From positions 96,001-160,000 of IMG/VR virus record IMGVR_UViG_3300042453_001086: a stretch of 64,000 nt of DNA; one strand, given 5' to 3'. Source of the DNA: a virus. Shown piece by piece: positions 60,796 through 64,000 of the stretch. The first letter of the stretch is position 1. The number at the start of each line of letters is the position of its first letter. The notes beneath the pieces are model-generated. The model was not told the origin of the DNA, made no database searches, and worked only from the letters and a program-made list of their open reading frames with translations. The position numbers and the translations under genes were made by a program.

Positions 60796-63700
60796 TTAGA
60801 TCTCCATTAACCACCATCCTTGGAATGTGGTGCTAGCACCAGAATCTGGTCCACAATATATTAACCCAAACCCAGCATTTGGAGTATTAATGATAAGTTC
60901 TCCTCCAGATGAATATACCTGGCCAGAAGGCATACCTATATTTGATCCAGTAGAATCACCCATTATTTTAATACTATTTCTAGCTCTTATAACCAGTTGA
61001 CAAGTATTACTTATTTTTCCACCTGTATCGACTATTCTAATCATATCACCACTCTTAGCTGCTGGGATACTACCAACCGCAGAAGTTCCAGGAAGCATCA
61101 AAATAAGTTGAGTATTTGGAGAACCAGACGTTTGTACAAAATAATTGCAGTTTGATCTGAGATTTTCCTCTGAAGTGTTATTAATAGCATTTTGTGTGTT
61201 ACTATCATTTTGTATAAAGATCCATTTTCTACCACCAGTAGAAGTAAAGTATTCATCAATTCCACCAAGATCAATAGATCCCGAATCATTTACAGCAAAT
61301 CGTTTTGTTCCATTAAAATTAACAACAAAATCACCACCATTAACAGTTAAATCACCAGTTACAGTTAAGTTATCAGCAAAAGTAGCATCATTATTATTTA
61401 ATGTAAGAACTGTCGTTCCTCCACTTGATTTAATATCATTACCAGTAACTGTTAAATCTCCCTTAACTTCTACATTCGCTCCACTTAACTCTAACGCATC
61501 TGCAGAACTAGACTTAATAGTATTACCATTAACAGTTAAATCTCCAAAAATATATGTATCACCTGTCGATGCCTTGACATCGAATCTAGTAGTTCCACCT
61601 ACTTGCAGATCAATCAGATCAGAAGAAGCGTTGGAAGAAGTATTAGTTACATTTAACTTAATGCCAGTGAAAGTAGTTGCAGAACTATTCCAAGTAGCAG
61701 TAGCACTTAAAGCGGAAACATTAGTTGTTAGGGTTCCTTGTGTAATAGTGGTAGCACCATTACACATATCTACACTGAATGTTTCTCCAGTGGTGTTGCT
61801 TAACTTAAACTTCCTAGCATCTCCAGTGGAAACACATGATCCAACAAAGTTTAATGGACCATAAACTGTCAATCCACCAAGAGATGTAGCATCGCTAACT
61901 ACCGTAGCACCAGTCGTGGAATCAACCTCAAACTTGGTAGAACCAGCACCATTGGTAATGATAAGTTTTTGTGCGGTGGCACCCGTTGATGTTCCGATCT
62001 TAACAGCCTCACCAGAAGTTCCAGTACTGTTTCTATCAACAAAGATATAATCGCCAGATGCTAATGATCCACCAAACTCAGCGAGACTGAATACATCAGT
62101 GGTTCCAGCGCCGTCTGTATTTGCTGTCAACCAAGTTGCATCTAGAGCTACGTTAACTTTTCTGGTAGTTGTATTATCAGGATGATTTGTTTTCTGTGGT
62201 AAGAAAGTACCATATGGTTGTCTCTCAACAATAATATAATATGGAGCAGTCGTTGTTCTTCTTAATCCACCAACAGCAACCTTAACGATTTCTGGGTGTA
62301 CACCAGAAGCAACTGTACTATCAATAAGAATATCATCTCCTTCAGCATATGTTGGAGCAGATACAAGTGGTAAATAATACTCATTTCCAGTTAATGCGAC
62401 CAGGGCACTTCCATCATTTGCGGTGTATGTACCAATGGCATTTTGAAAGAACGTGCCTCCCCATGGACCAGCACCTGCCGTATCGACAGTATTATTAAAT
62501 CCACTTAGAACAGTGACTAGATCAATATTTTTATCTAAAGGAGCGCCAGTTGGGAATCCAGTGTGAGAAGCGATAGTAGAACCAAGAGATGCTCTGGTTC
62601 CATTGAATGAGAATGCAGCGGTTCCACCGTCTAATGTAATATTGCCTTTACTTAAAATGGACGCATCAACTGTTAAACTATTTCTAATAGTTGTAGTTCC
62701 GCCCTGTCCGCCGATATTAAGTTCAGAAGCATTTAATCCGAAAGAAATAGTGGAAGCGGATCCAGAGGTCGAGAAGAAGTTTACAGATCCAGCATTGGTT
62801 CCAAGAGTTACGGTATCAGTGATAAGTTTATTAACACCAATCTGCATATCACCCCAGAACTTAGCAGACTTAGTTTTAACTTCTAAGAAACTGTTGGATT
62901 CATTGGCATTGTAAGCACCACCAAGAGTAATCTTGGACGATGTTGCAGAAGCAGATGGATTACCAACGTCAAATGTTAGATTTGCAGCACCAGCAGCGAT
63001 GTTAATATCGTGAGTGCCAGTTCCAACATTTCCGATATTGATAGTTTGTGTTACTGCAGCATTACCAATATTGATTGTCTGAGTAGATGTTGTTGTATTT
63101 GCAATATTGAGAGTAGTTGCTCTCGCTGCAAAGTTTACAGTTGAAGCATAACTACCAATATTAAGAGTACCTGTGAAAGTAGTATCCTCAACAAAGTTGA
63201 AAGATCCAGTAGTTACAGTAGTAGTAATATCACCACCATTAACCTCAATATCTGCTTGGAATCTGAAGTTTCCAGTAACTCTACCATCACCATCAATAAC
63301 GAGGGATCTATCAAGTTCTGCATTGGTTACATTGATACCAACTCTATTTGTAGCAGTCGATAATCTAAATGTTGCTTCATTACTTGGATTAGCACTATCG
63401 CCACCGATTAAGAATGCATTAGAAACACCATTAAATGTTCTGTTTGTTGGATTAGAGTTTGCAAGGAAGTTATTTGGTGTTACAGATAAAGTTTTACCAC
63501 TGAAGAATGCAGTACCAACAAGATCTAGGTTTGCTCTTGGTGTTGTTTCATCAGAAATAAACGCATTATCATATGCAGAATGATTAGCTCTTGCAATCGT
63601 GTTTACACCTAACTTGTAATCACCTATATTTGAAGTTTCTGTTCTGATTGCTTCAGTTCCAATAATACCCCATTCTTTCCATAATGTATTACTTCTAGAA

Positions 63701-64000
63701 ACTTTAATATTTGGTTGAGTTGTAGTGTTGATAGAGTATGTTTGACTCTCTACGGTGATCTGCTGCCCTTCAGATGGGGTTACATCAAGATAAGTAGCAG
63801 AAGAACTAAATGGATTTCCAACCGTATTCGCAACTCTCCAAATGCCATTAAGTGCTGCGATTGGAGCTTGAGCACCAGTAATCTTGACCTGAGTAGATTC
63901 ATTAATATTGAGTAAAGTATTTGTCCAAGCTGGAGATCCAGTTGTATTCCAGTTCAATCGAATAACATTGCCTGTGCCAAATCCTTGAATACTTGCAATC
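60796..64000 (-). CDS. Long tail fibre protein, C-terminal part (5' end beyond the window)
   Basis: Frame is open to 64000 (IASIQGFGTGNVIRLNWNTT..); Gly/Thr-rich fibre repeats DLTVTGNDIK; LMLP..GDMIRIVD..GWWLMEI C-terminus. Confidence 0.85.
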   Translation of the reverse strand, partial: IASIQGFGTGNVIRLNWNTTGSPAWTNTLLNINESTQVKITGAQAPIAALNGIWRVANTVGNPFSSSATYLDVTPSEGQQITVESQTYSINTTTQPNIKVSRSNTLWKEWGIIGTEAIRTETSNIGDYKLGVNTIARANHSAYDNAFISDETTPRANLDLVGTAFFSGKTLSVTPNNFLANSNPTNRTFNGVSNAFLIGGDSANPSNEATFRLSTATNRVGINVTNAELDRSLVIDGDGRVTGNFRFQADIEVNGGDITTTVTTGSFNFVEDTTFTGTLNIGSYASTVNFAARATTLNIANTTTSTQTINIGNAAVTQTINIGNVGTGTHDINIAAGAANLTFDVGNPSASATSSKITLGGAYNANESNSFLEVKTKSAKFWGDMQIGVNKLITDTVTLGTNAGSVNFFSTSGSASTISFGLNASELNIGGQGGTTTIRNSLTVDASILSKGNITLDGGTAAFSFNGTRASLGSTIASHTGFPTGAPLDKNIDLVTVLSGFNNTVDTAGAGPWGGTFFQNAIGTYTANDGSALVALTGNEYYLPLVSAPTYAEGDDILIDSTVASGVHPEIVKVAVGGLRRTTTAPYYIIVERQPYGTFLPQKTNHPDNTTTRKVNVALDATWLTANTDGAGTTDVFSLAEFGGSLASGDYIFVDRNSTGTSGEAVKIGTSTGATAQKLIITNGAGSTKFEVDSTTGATVVSDATSLGGLTVYGPLNFVGSCVSTGDARKFKLSNTTGETFSVDMCNGATTITQGTLTTNVSALSATATWNSSATTFTGIKLNVTNTSSNASSDLIDLQVGGTTRFDVKASTGDTYIFGDLTVNGNTIKSSSADALELSGANVEVKGDLTVTGNDIKSSGGTTVLTLNNNDATFADNLTVTGDLTVNGGDFVVNFNGTKRFAVNDSGSIDLGGIDEYFTSTGGRKWIFIQNDSNTQNAINNTSEENLRSNCNYFVQTSGSPNTQLILMLPGTSAVGSIPAAKSGDMIRIVDTGGKISNTCQLVIRARNSIKIMGDSTGSNIGMPSGQVYSSGGELIINTPNAGFGLIYCGPDSGASTTFQGWWLMEI

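Overview
This is a segment of a T4-like myophage genome, most likely a cyanophage (Kyanoviridae-like). That assignment is inferred from gene order and content; no host photosynthesis genes are in the window. Essentially all genes are on the minus strand. Layout: 1-29.1 kb is a late structural module (fibre-like protein, VrlC-like protein, baseplate gp8/gp7/gp6/gp25, PAAR) with T4-type late promoters. 29.2-54.2 kb is a dense early/middle accessory region of about 90 mostly small genes. 54.3-64 kb is a tail-fibre module (tail-collar proteins, fibre chaperone, two 2OG-Fe(II) oxygenases, long fibre cut by the window end). Top leads: (1) an EcoRI/MunI-fold endonuclease that keeps the AATT-reading GNAIER motif, in a genome that strongly avoids AATT and carries a distant Dam-family m6A methylase, suggesting a dispersed phage restriction/self-avoidance system; (2) 13 repeated gene-junction cassettes, each a pseudo-palindrome TGTGCCAC-N8-GTGGCACA 28-30 bp upstream of a TAGACT-type -10, driving a GC-rich island that contains ArdA-like, solo HicA and KTSC-like genes; (3) an origin-like locus with two clusters of cyanobacterial-type DnaA boxes (TTTTCCACA), A-tract inverted repeats and two plus-strand sigma70-like promoters. 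All motif counts are manual and approximate. Protein family calls come from recognised motifs, not database searches.
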